Shown piece by piece: positions 46,471-55,357 of a DNA stretch of 64,000 nucleotides; position 1 is the first letter of the stretch; the number at the start of each line of letters is the position of its first letter. The position numbers and the translations under genes are program-made. This DNA comes from a virus (lineage: Duplodnaviria; Caudoviricetes): IMG/VR virus record IMGVR_UViG_2933206877_000003, positions 10,092-74,091 of that record. The stretch is one strand, 5' to 3'. Below the pieces are notes generated by a model, which did no database searches, was not told where the DNA came from, and worked only from the letters and a program-made list of their open reading frames with translations.

Positions 46471-47975
46471 CAGGCGATTCCTTCCGGCTGGAGCGAGCTC
46501 GTGCGCTGGCGCGGGATGGGCACGGTGAGGGTCGTCTCCGTCTCGGGGTCGAGCAGCTTCGCGACGGGGATCTGCACGGTGTCGTCGTCCAGCAGGCCGG
46601 CGGGTGGGCTCACGGCAGCCGGCTCCATGAGGGCGACCTCGGCGCCGTTCTGGCGGGTGCCCCAGCCTGTGCGGGCGCAGGTGGCCATGCCGTACCAGCG
46701 CATGGCGCGCAGGACGGTCCAGCCGGCGACCACCGCGAGAGGCATGAGCAGCCAGGTGACGAGCCGGCCGCCGAAGGCCTCGTCGTCCCGGGCAATGGAC
46801 AGATACCGCAGACCCTGCGCCCAGCCGATCAGGAACGGCACGACCAGGAAGCTGGCGGGCGGGGTGTGACCGTACGCGGCGGGCTCGACGACCAAGAGCC
46901 ACCCGAGGACGGCGGTGGACAGGGCGACCTGGAACCAGCGCAGCAGGTGGGCCCAGTACGCCCAGCTGGTCAGCGGCAGGTACCGGAACCGCCACACGGA
47001 GCGGATGGTGGAGCCGCGCATCCAGCGCAGGTACATGCGTAGGAAGTGGGATGGCCGCTCCGGAAGGGCGGTGAAGACGATCGCGGTCGGCTGTTGCACC
47101 GTGCGGCCGCCGAGCAGCGCGTACAGGGTGAGTAGGGAGTCGTCGGAGAACATGACCGGGCGGCCCATGAAGCGCTCGTTCAGGTAGCCGTCGAGGTTCT
47201 CCCGGATGATGGCGGCCCGGTAGGCGGCCAGCGGTCCGGAGTTCACGAGGACGGCGCCCATCGCGGACAGTGCGGAGCGATCGGTGAGCTGCCCAGTCGT
47301 GAACCACAGGTCGGTGATGCGGGTCAGGAGGTTCGCACGGTGGTTGGTGGCGAGGACGACCCCGGCGACGGACTGGACCCGGGCCTGCGCGAAGGGGAGC
47401 AGCAGCTCCTCCAGAGCGTTCGGGGCGAGGCTGGAGTCGGAGTCGACGGTGACGTACACGTCCGCTTGCGGGCTCGCTGTGACGGCGGCGGCCTGAGCGT
47501 GGCGCTTGCCCTGGTTGTCGGTTCGCTGCCACGTGGTGACGATGTCCGCCGCGGCCGCCGCCTTCGTCCACCAGGAGCGGACGGCGCTGTAGTCGCCGCT
47601 GGACGAGCCGTCATCGACGACGTGCACGGAGTCGGGGCGGCGGGTCTGGGCGAGGATGCTCTCCAGGCCGAGCCGCAGGTAGCCGGGGTCCTCGTTGTAG
47701 ACGGGCAGCAGGATGGCGACATGCAGGGCGCCGAGCTGCCGGCGGGACCGCGGAGTGGTACGCCGGGGACGCTCCCAGTGGTACATCACGGTCTGCGTGA
47801 TGAGCAGCAGGAACGTGACGCCCCAGACGGCGGCGAGCCGCGAACTGGTGGGGCCGCCGTACTGGGCGGCGGCTATGCCGTGCTGGGCGGCCCACCCTGC
47901 GGCGCCGGTCAGGCATATCGCGCCGGTGAGCAGGACGCCGGAGCGGTGCCGGTGCGCGGTCAGGGGTCTGGTCAC
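46470..47975 (-). CDS. Membrane GT2 glycosyltransferase, hyaluronan synthase/NodC-like
   Basis: PVYNE, VDDGS, GKRHAQ, TVDSD, SGPLAAYR, SDDSLLT, YLRWMR; N- and C-terminal TM helices. Confidence 0.88.
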   Translation of the reverse strand: MTRPLTAHRHRSGVLLTGAICLTGAAGWAAQHGIAAAQYGGPTSSRLAAVWGVTFLLLITQTVMYHWERPRRTTPRSRRQLGALHVAILLPVYNEDPGYLRLGLESILAQTRRPDSVHVVDDGSSSGDYSAVRSWWTKAAAAADIVTTWQRTDNQGKRHAQAAAVTASPQADVYVTVDSDSSLAPNALEELLLPFAQARVQSVAGVVLATNHRANLLTRITDLWFTTGQLTDRSALSAMGAVLVNSGPLAAYRAAIIRENLDGYLNERFMGRPVMFSDDSLLTLYALLGGRTVQQPTAIVFTALPERPSHFLRMYLRWMRGSTIRSVWRFRYLPLTSWAYWAHLLRWFQVALSTAVLGWLLVVEPAAYGHTPPASFLVVPFLIGWAQGLRYLSIARDDEAFGGRLVTWLLMPLAVVAGWTVLRAMRWYGMATCARTGWGTRQNGAEVALMEPAAVSPPAGLLDDDTVQIPVAKLLDPETETTLTVPIPRQRTSSLQPEGIA

Positions 47976-48142
47976 TGCTCTCCCGCCCCTCGGCCGTGGC
48001 GGAAGCCGAGGCGGATGCAGATGGCGCCGACGGTGACGACGGCCAGGGCGGCGGCGAGCAGCCACCAGCCGGTGACGGCGACTCCGCCGACGACGAGGAC
48101 TCCGGCGGTGCCGGTGCGGGCGAGCTGTGCGTTGTCGGACAC
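47972..48142 (-). CDS. 56-aa LAXTG sortase-signal-like membrane mini-protein
   Basis: MSDNAQ-LARTG-hydrophobic stretch-RLGFRHGR; stop overlaps GT start. Confidence 0.7.
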   Translation of the reverse strand: MSDNAQLARTGTAGVLVVGGVAVTGWWLLAAALAVVTVGAICIRLGFRHGRGAGEQ

Positions 48143-48152
48143 GGGTTCTCTT

Positions 48153-48380
48153 TCAGGGCTGCTGGTGGTCGGGGTCGTGCGTGCCGAGCGCGCCGATGGC
48201 GCGGCAGGTGCTGAGGTCGTCTGATCTGGCACGGCGCCGGGTGCGGCGCGAGCGGGCCCGGGCGGCCAGGTCGTCGCTCGCGGCGAGCATGCCGAGGGCG
48301 CAGACCACGACCAGGGCCAGGCCGAAGGAGCCGATGGCGCCCCCGACGGCGGCCACGATGAGGACCTGGAGCGGCGTCAT
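48153..48380 (-). CDS. Small membrane protein
   Basis: N-terminal TM, basic tail. Confidence 0.55.
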   Translation of the reverse strand: MTPLQVLIVAAVGGAIGSFGLALVVVCALGMLAASDDLAARARSRRTRRRARSDDLSTCRAIGALGTHDPDHQQP

Positions 48381-48619
48381 CGCTGCCTCCGCTGCCGGGT
48401 GGCGGCGTAGATCGAGTAGGTGGCGCCTCCGGCGCACATGGCGCCGCTGACGAGGAAGGAGAGCGCCCACAGCCGCAGGTCGCGGTAGGCGGCGTCGAGG
48501 CCGCCGAGCAGGCACGCGAGGGCAAGCAGCGTGCAGAACCAGTGGTCGGCCAGGCCGAAGCAGAGGCCTGCGACGGCGGCCAGGGCGATGCCGATCGCGA
48601 TCAGGCTCAGGGTGGACAT
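48377..48619 (-). CDS. Small multi-TM protein
   Basis: Three hydrophobic segments. Confidence 0.6.
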   Translation of the reverse strand: MSTLSLIAIGIALAAVAGLCFGLADHWFCTLLALACLLGGLDAAYRDLRLWALSFLVSGAMCAGGATYSIYAATRQRRQR

Positions 48620-48828
48620 GGGGTGCCTCGGGTGGGGTTGTAGTTGTCGATGGGCGGGAGGGTGTCGATGTCGCGGATGCGGCCTCGGAGGATGACCGCT
48701 CGGCCTTCGGCGATGTCGTCGGCTGTGCGGAGGTCGTCTTCGTCTGGCTCGTCTTCCGCGCAGGGGCAGTAGCCGTGGGCGTCGCAACCGCCGTGCGGGC
48801 AGATGAAGCGGGCGGGTTGCTCGGTCAC
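48607..48828 (-). CDS. Hypothetical protein
   Basis: Coupled ORF. Confidence 0.5.
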   Translation of the reverse strand: MTEQPARFICPHGGCDAHGYCPCAEDEPDEDDLRTADDIAEGRAVILRGRIRDIDTLPPIDNYNPTRGTPCPP

Positions 48829-49532
48829 GACGCTCTGGCCGCTGCGTTGGGGATGAGGCCGAGGCGCTCACACACGCGCTGGACGGATGGCACGCTGACG
48901 GCCATGGCGCGAGCGATGGCGATATCGCTCAGCCCGGACGCCCACAGGCTGTAGACCCGCCGCTCGTGTGGCGTTTCACCGCGGGACTTCGGGCGGGGCT
49001 TGCTGCTCGCCTGTGTGCTCCGGGTCGGTGCAACCACGCGGGGTGCGGCGGCCTTCTTCTTCGGCGCGATGACCTTTCTCTTCGTGCTGGACCGCCTGTT
49101 GGCGGCGCCTGTGGCCTGGCTGAGGCGCTCGCGGCGTACTTCGGCGCTCCAGCATGTGGAGTCGACGCGCTCCCCGAACCACAGGTGCCGGAGCAGGGCG
49201 GTGTATGTACCGCAGTCCGGGGCCGGCCCGGTGAAGACGAGGGCAGGCTTGTCGCTGTGGCCGGGGGCGCTGGCGTCGAGACGCCAGCGTTCGTGCGCGG
49301 TGAGTCCGGCGACGACTCCGTCGCGGCGGACCTCGGCCTGGCCGTTCTCCAGGTTCTTCACGTTGGCCAGGCAGGCGGTGCGCACGGGGCAGCGCACGGC
49401 GCAGATGAGGCGCGCGTTGTGCTCGTGCTCCTGGTTGGAGAATGTGTCCGGGTCCTCGGTGCGGCAGGCCATGTGTGCCATCCAGTCGAGGCGGTGGCCC
49501 CCGGTGTCGGGTACTGATCCGGTGTAGGCCAT
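48825..49532 (-). CDS. WhiB-family regulator with C-terminal HTH
   Basis: W...AC...C..RCPV...C...GVVAGLT..ER; GLSDIAIARAMAVS. Confidence 0.85.
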   Translation of the reverse strand: MAYTGSVPDTGGHRLDWMAHMACRTEDPDTFSNQEHEHNARLICAVRCPVRTACLANVKNLENGQAEVRRDGVVAGLTAHERWRLDASAPGHSDKPALVFTGPAPDCGTYTALLRHLWFGERVDSTCWSAEVRRERLSQATGAANRRSSTKRKVIAPKKKAAAPRVVAPTRSTQASSKPRPKSRGETPHERRVYSLWASGLSDIAIARAMAVSVPSVQRVCERLGLIPNAAARAS

Positions 49533-49535
49533 GGC

Positions 49536-49901
49536 TCACTCCGCGGTCTTCCGGCTGCCCTTGGCGGCTTTGCGGATGGTGACCTTGCGGTCGCGGCGGC
49601 GGACGGCGTCGGCGAGGTGGTCGGAGACCCGCAGTCGGACGACCTGGTGGGCGGCTGAGGTGAACGTCTCCCCGGTCTGGGGGTTGCGGCGCGTGGCCCG
49701 CTTGACGCGGTGCGAGATGAACGTGACGAAGTTGGTGATCGCCACGTCGTGACCGGTCGCGTTGGCACGGGCGATGACGTCGAAGGTGGTCATGATCGTG
49801 TCGCGGACGGCGCTCGGAGTGGTGCCGAGGTCCGCGGCGACCGCCTCGATCAGCTTGGTGGTGTTCAGCCGCTCGGTGATACGGGTGGGCTGGTTCGGCA
49901 T
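49536..49901 (-). CDS. HU/IHF-family DNA-binding protein
   Basis: LIEAVA...ITNFVTF...RRNPQTGE. Confidence 0.88.
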   Translation of the reverse strand: MPNQPTRITERLNTTKLIEAVAADLGTTPSAVRDTIMTTFDVIARANATGHDVAITNFVTFISHRVKRATRRNPQTGETFTSAAHQVVRLRVSDHLADAVRRRDRKVTIRKAAKGSRKTAE

Positions 49902-49952
49902 ACGAAGCTCCAGGAGTTGGAGCGCGGGGCAGCGACGCCGCCCCGCGCGGTG

Positions 49953-50522
49953 TCAGTGCTTGGGGGCGTCGAGCTGGGGGACGCTGGCGTAGAGCTTGAT
50001 CGGCTGGCTGCTCACCAGGAATGGCTGGTCGGTCTCGACGAGCGTCCCGTTCGTGGTGAAGAAGAACACCCCGCCCTCGCCGCCCTCGTCGGGGCCGTAG
50101 GAGCCGTCGTCGCCGATGGCGTTGTTGGTGCAGGTGATGTTGTCGCCGCCGTAGCCGCAGTGGACGTTGACCTGGGTGGAGGTCATCTGCGAGCTGGTCG
50201 AGGAGACCTTGCCGCGGATGACGTAGTAGCCGATGACCTTGTCGGTCATCCCCGCGAACACATAGACGTAGTTGGTGTTGCCCTTGGAGTTGTACTGGGT
50301 GAGGCGCCGGGCCAGGTTCTTGCGCTCCAGCGGGTCGGAGGGCATCCCGTTCGCGTACGGGTACGGCACGGCCTGGTTGAACTTCTGGGCGGTGCCGGCG
50401 GCGAGGTCGTTCTGCTTGGCCTGCTGCTTGCTGGCGTTGTTGTCGCTGGTGCAGCCGGCGAGCGCGAGCAGGGCGGCTGCCAGAGCGACGGCGGCCGCGC
50501 GGCGACGGTAGGTGGTGGGCAT
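49953..50522 (-). CDS. Lipoprotein
   Basis: Lipobox LAGC; DDGSYG...FFFT. Confidence 0.8.
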   Translation of the reverse strand: MPTTYRRRAAAVALAAALLALAGCTSDNNASKQQAKQNDLAAGTAQKFNQAVPYPYANGMPSDPLERKNLARRLTQYNSKGNTNYVYVFAGMTDKVIGYYVIRGKVSSTSSQMTSTQVNVHCGYGGDNITCTNNAIGDDGSYGPDEGGEGGVFFFTTNGTLVETDQPFLVSSQPIKLYASVPQLDAPKH

Positions 50523-50525
50523 GGG

Positions 50526-50969
50526 TCAGCTCCCGCAGTAGGAGTCGGAGTCGATGCGTGCAGGCAGGCCCTCGGGCACCCAGGGCGCGCCGAGGGTCGA
50601 GGCGGCGTCGGCGTTGTACTGGGCGACGTCCTGGAGGCAGTTGTTCTGGGCGCCCAGGTAGTTGGCCTGGTCCTGGCCGGTGGCGCTTTCGGCGTCGGCC
50701 TGGTGCTTGAGGGTGGCGACGATGCCCTGGTCGGCCTGGATCTGCTGGAACTCGGCGTTGAACGTGGCGGACCAGTGCTCGCGGTTCTTCGCGCCGTTCT
50801 GGTCACGGCGGACGTCGCCGGCGCCCTTGGCGCCGGAGGTGAAGACGCCGAAGGCCCACAGGAGCGAAGCCACGATCAGGGCGACGGTGAGGGTGGCGAT
50901 CACGAGGACGGTGCCGGCGCCGAGTCCGGTGGCGGCGTCGCCGACGTCGCGGCGTGTGATGCGGGGCAA
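50526..50969 (-). CDS. Membrane-anchored protein
   Basis: N-terminal TM, coiled coil, C...YNA motif. Confidence 0.7.
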   Translation of the reverse strand: MPRITRRDVGDAATGLGAGTVLVIATLTVALIVASLLWAFGVFTSGAKGAGDVRRDQNGAKNREHWSATFNAEFQQIQADQGIVATLKHQADAESATGQDQANYLGAQNNCLQDVAQYNADAASTLGAPWVPEGLPARIDSDSYCGS

Positions 50970-51042
50970 GGCTTCTCCTTACGTGAGGGTCAACCGCAGA
51001 TGCAGTGGACGCGCCTGCATCGGTGGCAGACGGGGACGCCGT

Positions 51043-51798
51043 TCATGGCAGGAGCCGCTTGTGCCGGGCTGCGGTCAGCCACGTACCGAAGTCGCGGGTG
51101 ATGCCGTCGTAGAGCGCGCTGTCGGGCAGTCCGGACGGGTTGGCCCCGGCGTGGAAGTACGAGGCGTTGTCGACGAGGCGGCCGCCCATCTGCTTGAGCT
51201 GTCGAAGGAAGCCGACCTCGGACCGGCCGAACCCGACGAACGACCAGAAGATCGGCAGCTTCGACGCCTGGGCGAGCTGGAGTCGGGCGGCGTCCTTGTC
51301 CTGGGGGTCGCCGTCGGTTTGGAAGATGACCAGGGCCGGGTCCGTGGCGCCGCTGTGCATGTAGTGCTCGATGACCATGGTCATCGCGATTGCGTACTGG
51401 GTACCGCCCATCGTGGCTTCGCCGCCGTGCAGCCGGTGTTGGTAGTCCACGACGCCCTGGTAGCGATCAAGGCTGATGTCCACCAGCGGGTAGGGGCGGC
51501 TGTCGAAGAACACCATGGGCACGGTGCCGTCGTCGTCGAGGTTCGCGGACAGACCCAGGGCCTGGTCGGCGAGGTTCTGTACGGCGCTGCTGCTGAAGTA
51601 GTCCTTCATCGAGTACGAGCGGTCGATGACCAGATACACGGCGGCCCGCTGTCCAGCGGGCACGCCCGCCTTGGCCAGCGAGACGCCGGCGGTCTTCACG
51701 AGCGAGACGAGTCCGGCCGGGACACCGACCGTGGCCGGCGCCTGGGCGACCGCGGGCTCTGCCGGGGTGGTCGAGGACTTCTTGAAGCGATCGAACAC
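51043..51798 (-). CDS. vWA (TerF-like) domain protein
   Basis: MIDAS DRSYSM, DDDG, FQTDGDP, PIFWSFVGFG, LVDNA. Confidence 0.85.
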   Translation of the reverse strand: MFDRFKKSSTTPAEPAVAQAPATVGVPAGLVSLVKTAGVSLAKAGVPAGQRAAVYLVIDRSYSMKDYFSSSAVQNLADQALGLSANLDDDGTVPMVFFDSRPYPLVDISLDRYQGVVDYQHRLHGGEATMGGTQYAIAMTMVIEHYMHSGATDPALVIFQTDGDPQDKDAARLQLAQASKLPIFWSFVGFGRSEVGFLRQLKQMGGRLVDNASYFHAGANPSGLPDSALYDGITRDFGTWLTAARHKRLLP

Positions 51799-51875
51799 GG
51801 GTACTTCTCCTTGCGGTGGTGGTACCGCCCGCCGTCGGGGCCGGTGACATCCGCGGCGGCGGGCGGTGGCTCGGG

Positions 51876-52316
51876 TCAGGCGCTCGCGCGCCAGGCGGTG
51901 GCGGTCTGGTCGGCGAACTCCTGCACGCCGTCGGGTAGCGCGCTTGCGTCGTCGGCCGGGGACGGCCCCAGATGCAGCGACCGCATCGCGTGAGCGTTGT
52001 CGAGAGCGGCGCGGAGTTCGGTGATCTGCCGCCTCAGACCCGCGGTCTCCTGGAGGTGCCGACCCTCGGCCTGCTCCAGCAGGGCGGACAGCTCACCGCG
52101 GTCCACCTCCAGGCCGGCGATGTACTGCCCGGCACCGGCCAGCTGGTGGCGGGCCTGGCGAAGTTCGTCCCGCAGCTGGCGACTGGTGATCCTGCGGGCG
52201 CCGCTGCCTTCGAAGGCCTTTCGCGCGGCCTCGATCGGGCCGTAGCCGTAGCGGACGGCCACGACCACGGCACCGGCGCCGAGACCGCTGACACCGAGGA
52301 ACAGGTAGGCGATCAC
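51876..52316 (-). CDS. Membrane-anchored coiled-coil protein
   Basis: N-terminal TM plus heptads. Confidence 0.6.
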   Translation of the reverse strand: MIAYLFLGVSGLGAGAVVVAVRYGYGPIEAARKAFEGSGARRITSRQLRDELRQARHQLAGAGQYIAGLEVDRGELSALLEQAEGRHLQETAGLRRQITELRAALDNAHAMRSLHLGPSPADDASALPDGVQEFADQTATAWRASA

Positions 52317-52558
52317 GCTGCCCCCTCGACGGGTGCCTGCGGAAGGCTGCCGAAGGGCTGCTCCGGGTCGAAACGCGCTGGGCCGGTGCGCTCGCGCAGT
52401 TCTCGGTCGGCTGCCTCGTTCGCGGCCTGGAGGTCGGCCAGGCGCCGCTCCAAGCTGCGGTTGCGGGCTTCCGAGGTGGCAAGTTGGACGCGGAGCCGGT
52501 TGGCCTGCGCGTCGCTGAGGCGGTGCCGCCAGCGGCGGATGAGGCTCGGGGCGGTCAC
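52313..52558 (-). CDS. Hypothetical coiled-coil protein
   Basis: RLADLQAANE. Confidence 0.55.
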   Translation of the reverse strand: MTAPSLIRRWRHRLSDAQANRLRVQLATSEARNRSLERRLADLQAANEAADRELRERTGPARFDPEQPFGSLPQAPVEGAA

Positions 52559-52845
52559 TCGGCACCGTCCTGAATCTCGCTCACGTGCACCAGGTGTCCG
52601 AACCCTCGGTCGCACCTGCCGTAGATGACCTGGTTGTCGGTGGGCAGACTGCCTTCCGCCGATCGCATCGCGTAGGCGAGCGATGCCGGGTGACCTTGGT
52701 AGGTCATCCACGACTGGCCGAAGACCCGGTCGTGCCAGTCCTCCAGCCGGATCTGAAGCTGCTCGGTGCCCGAGTAGGTGAAGAGCGGGGCGGCGGGCTG
52801 AACCGTGACGGTCTGCCCGGCCAGCGGGTGGGGTGCGTCGTGCAT
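52555..52845 (-). CDS. Hypothetical protein
   Basis: EDWHDRV.G.SW...GHLVHVSEI. Confidence 0.65.
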   Translation of the reverse strand: MHDAPHPLAGQTVTVQPAAPLFTYSGTEQLQIRLEDWHDRVFGQSWMTYQGHPASLAYAMRSAEGSLPTDNQVIYGRCDRGFGHLVHVSEIQDGAE

Positions 52846-52847
52846 GG

Positions 52848-54029
52848 TCAGTGGCCTCTGCTGGTGGTCGAGTCGATGCGGCGGGAGAAGGCGTCGAGGT
52901 CCTCGGTCAGGCCCGAGGTGAGCGACTCGCGGACGTCGTCGCGTGGGAATGCGTCGTGGGTACGGCCGTCGAGCTGCCGTCCGGCAGCGCTCTTGCCGAC
53001 GCGGACGGCGATGGTGTCGGCGTCGAGCATCACGGTGCGGCGGGTACGGTCGCCGGGCCGCATGAGCCGAGTGGAGCCACCGCGGAAGTCCGTACCGCGC
53101 TCGCGGATCGTCGCGGAGTGGCGGCCGCCGAGGGGGCTGTCGTACGCCCGGCCTCCCGCGTACTCCGGATCGTCCACGACCGGGGCACTGAGGTACTCGC
53201 CCCACTGCTTGAAGAAGAACGGCACGCCCGCCTGCTGGCATTCGTCGCGCAGATCACGCGCCGACTGCGGGTGCATGGGCCTGGCCCGGGGCCCGGATTC
53301 GCCGCCCACGATGACCCAGTCGATCCGCGTGCAGCGGTCGTCGTGGTGATGGTGAGGCGATCGAGGGCAGCCCGCAGTGCCGACGCCGTGGTGCGCGCCG
53401 TGGCATCCGCGCTGGCCCGCCGCCGCAACCAAGTTGACCGGGCTTAGCAGCGGCTCGCAGCTGAGGAATCGAATAGCGGCCGGAGTCTCCAGCAGGGCCG
53501 GGATCCGAATGTCTGCCCACCGCTGGTTCTCAACGGACACCCCGAGCCAGATGTTGGCCGGCGGCCCCGCGGCGCGCGCCCGAGCGTCTCGGGCTGCGGG
53601 GCTGTTGCGCATAGCCTCGGTCGGGCACTGGTCGAACTTGGCCGCGTACTCCTGCTTGGCCCTCTGCCGGGCCTGCATGAAGGACCGCATCCGGGCGTGC
53701 CGCTTGGTGAGGACGAGGAAGGTGTGGCGACGGTTCAACCCGGCTTCCATCACGTCGAAGATCCGGGTGATGAACTGGTCCGGCACGCTGTCGTGGAAGA
53801 GGTCGGACATCGAGTTCACGAAGACCCGGCCGGGCTTCTTCCATCGGTACGGCTGGTCAAGGCGGTCATCGTGCAGGGTCACCTTGAAGCCGTCGGGGAA
53901 GGCCTTCGACCCGGCGAACCGGTGCGCGATGTTCTCGGCATAGCAGTTGTCGCAGCCAGGGCTGACCTTGGTGCAGCCGGTGACCGGGTTCCACACCCGG
54001 TCGGCCCACTCGATCTTCGTTGTGCTCAC
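52848..54029 (-). CDS. DUF5131 / phage Gp37-Gp68 family protein
   Basis: WNPVTGCTKVSPGCDNCYA, FVNSMSDLFH, WVIVGGESG, FFFKQWG. Confidence 0.92.
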   Translation of the reverse strand: MSTTKIEWADRVWNPVTGCTKVSPGCDNCYAENIAHRFAGSKAFPDGFKVTLHDDRLDQPYRWKKPGRVFVNSMSDLFHDSVPDQFITRIFDVMEAGLNRRHTFLVLTKRHARMRSFMQARQRAKQEYAAKFDQCPTEAMRNSPAARDARARAAGPPANIWLGVSVENQRWADIRIPALLETPAAIRFLSCEPLLSPVNLVAAAGQRGCHGAHHGVGTAGCPRSPHHHHDDRCTRIDWVIVGGESGPRARPMHPQSARDLRDECQQAGVPFFFKQWGEYLSAPVVDDPEYAGGRAYDSPLGGRHSATIRERGTDFRGGSTRLMRPGDRTRRTVMLDADTIAVRVGKSAAGRQLDGRTHDAFPRDDVRESLTSGLTEDLDAFSRRIDSTTSRGH

Positions 54030-54286
54030 GCCAGCCCTCCCTTCGGGTGGTCGACGTAGCGGACGTAGAGGTCGGCGCCGTCCTGCGTGACCTCGGTGCG
54101 CGCCCTGAAGGAACCGGCGGGACGGTAGGCGGGGATCCGCTCGCCAGTGCGCACCTGAAGCGATGCGGAGACAGCGCTGGCCCGGGTGCTGTACAGGCCG
54201 GCAAGGACCCACTGGCCCGGCATCTGTCGGGCCAGGCGGGCCGCCTGCTGGTGGTCGGTGAGAGCCCTCACGGTGTGGCCGCTCAC
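54026..54286 (-). CDS. Hypothetical protein
   Basis: PGQW...Y...AYRPAGSF.AR....YVRYV. Confidence 0.65.
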   Translation of the reverse strand: MSGHTVRALTDHQQAARLARQMPGQWVLAGLYSTRASAVSASLQVRTGERIPAYRPAGSFRARTEVTQDGADLYVRYVDHPKGGLA

Positions 54287-54615
54287 CGCTCGCCGCCGTT
54301 CAGGGCGGCGGGCATCGGCGTCACGTGCTCGCGCAGTACACCGCTGGTCACGTGGTAGTCCTGGGCCCTGCTCCAGTCCGCGAGTGGGAAGGCCTCGCGG
54401 ATCAGGGAGGCGACCTGGCGGGCATGGCCGGGCAGTGGCACTTCGCGCCGGCCTGCCGTGAGTGCCATGGCGCACCACACGGTGCCGTCGCCGTAGCGGG
54501 CTGGCGTGATGCGGATCTCTGCCACCGAGCTGCGAGTGATCTCGTTCAGCGCCGAGACGAGCCTCCTGCGGGTCCGCTGGCCGGCCGTCAGATGGTGGGG
54601 CCGAGGCGCGCTCAT
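54283..54615 (-). CDS. Hypothetical protein
   Basis: FP.ADWSRAQDY.V.SG.L. Confidence 0.6.
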   Translation of the reverse strand: MSAPRPHHLTAGQRTRRRLVSALNEITRSSVAEIRITPARYGDGTVWCAMALTAGRREVPLPGHARQVASLIREAFPLADWSRAQDYHVTSGVLREHVTPMPAALNGGER

Positions 54616-55028
54616 CGCTCGCCGTCCGCGTGGAAGCAGCTGCTGACGTCGCCGAGCAGCCGGTTGTACTGGGCGGAGGTGCGCGGACCCCACCGGTACT
54701 CGGGGCCGTGGACGTCGCGGAACCAGCTGTCGCAGGCGGCGAGCAGCAGGATCTCGCGGTCGGCGTCGCGGGCGGCCTGGCCGCCGTCGGCCGGGGTGAC
54801 CGCGTTGGGGTGCTCGGCGGCCAGCCGCACGAAGGCGGCCTCCAGGGTCGGCGCTTCCAGGGCGTAACGGTCGGGGTCGTCCAAGGGCAGTGTGTCGTGC
54901 AGCTGCGCGAAGAAGACGGCCTGGACGCGGCGGAAGTGCCGCAGAGCGAAGGCGTCCCAGCGTTCACGGAAGCTGGCGCGCGGGCGGTTCGGGGTGATGC
55001 GACGGCCGATGTGCATCGTTGCGGTCAT
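54612..55028 (-). CDS. Hypothetical protein
   Basis: GAGGAG RBS. Confidence 0.6.
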   Translation of the reverse strand: MTATMHIGRRITPNRPRASFRERWDAFALRHFRRVQAVFFAQLHDTLPLDDPDRYALEAPTLEAAFVRLAAEHPNAVTPADGGQAARDADREILLLAACDSWFRDVHGPEYRWGPRTSAQYNRLLGDVSSCFHADGER

Positions 55029-55045
55029 CGCCGTCTCCTCTCGGG

Positions 55046-55357
55046 TCAAGTGGTGCTGTTGATGTCGGTGTTGTGCAGGGCCGCGCGGGCGGCGGCGGCC
55101 CCTCGGTGGGCGGTGTCGGGTCCGGGCGGTCGCCGCCGGTGGCGCCAGGCGTCCGGTCGCGCGGCGAGAAGGTCGGGGGGCTCGGCGTCGGGGTCGGCGA
55201 TCAACTGGGTGACCGTGACCAGGACGCGCCCCCAAGCCATGCCTGCCGTGCGGGCCTGGGCGAGGACGTCGCGGAGCTGGTCGACGGACCAGTCCGGGCG
55301 GCAGGTGGCGGCCAGGGCGAGCAGCTGCATGGTGGCCGGGCGTGGGAGGTCGTTCAT
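55046..55357 (-). CDS. Hypothetical protein
   Basis: LA...RPDW motif, coupled to rep gene. Confidence 0.6.
   Translation of the reverse strand: MNDLPRPATMQLLALAATCRPDWSVDQLRDVLAQARTAGMAWGRVLVTVTQLIADPDAEPPDLLAARPDAWRHRRRPPGPDTAHRGAAAARAALHNTDINSTT

Noticed and set aside
52848-54029. DUF5131 as part of a DNA-modification system
   Set aside because: Common phage gene; no partner methyltransferase or modification genes seen adjacent
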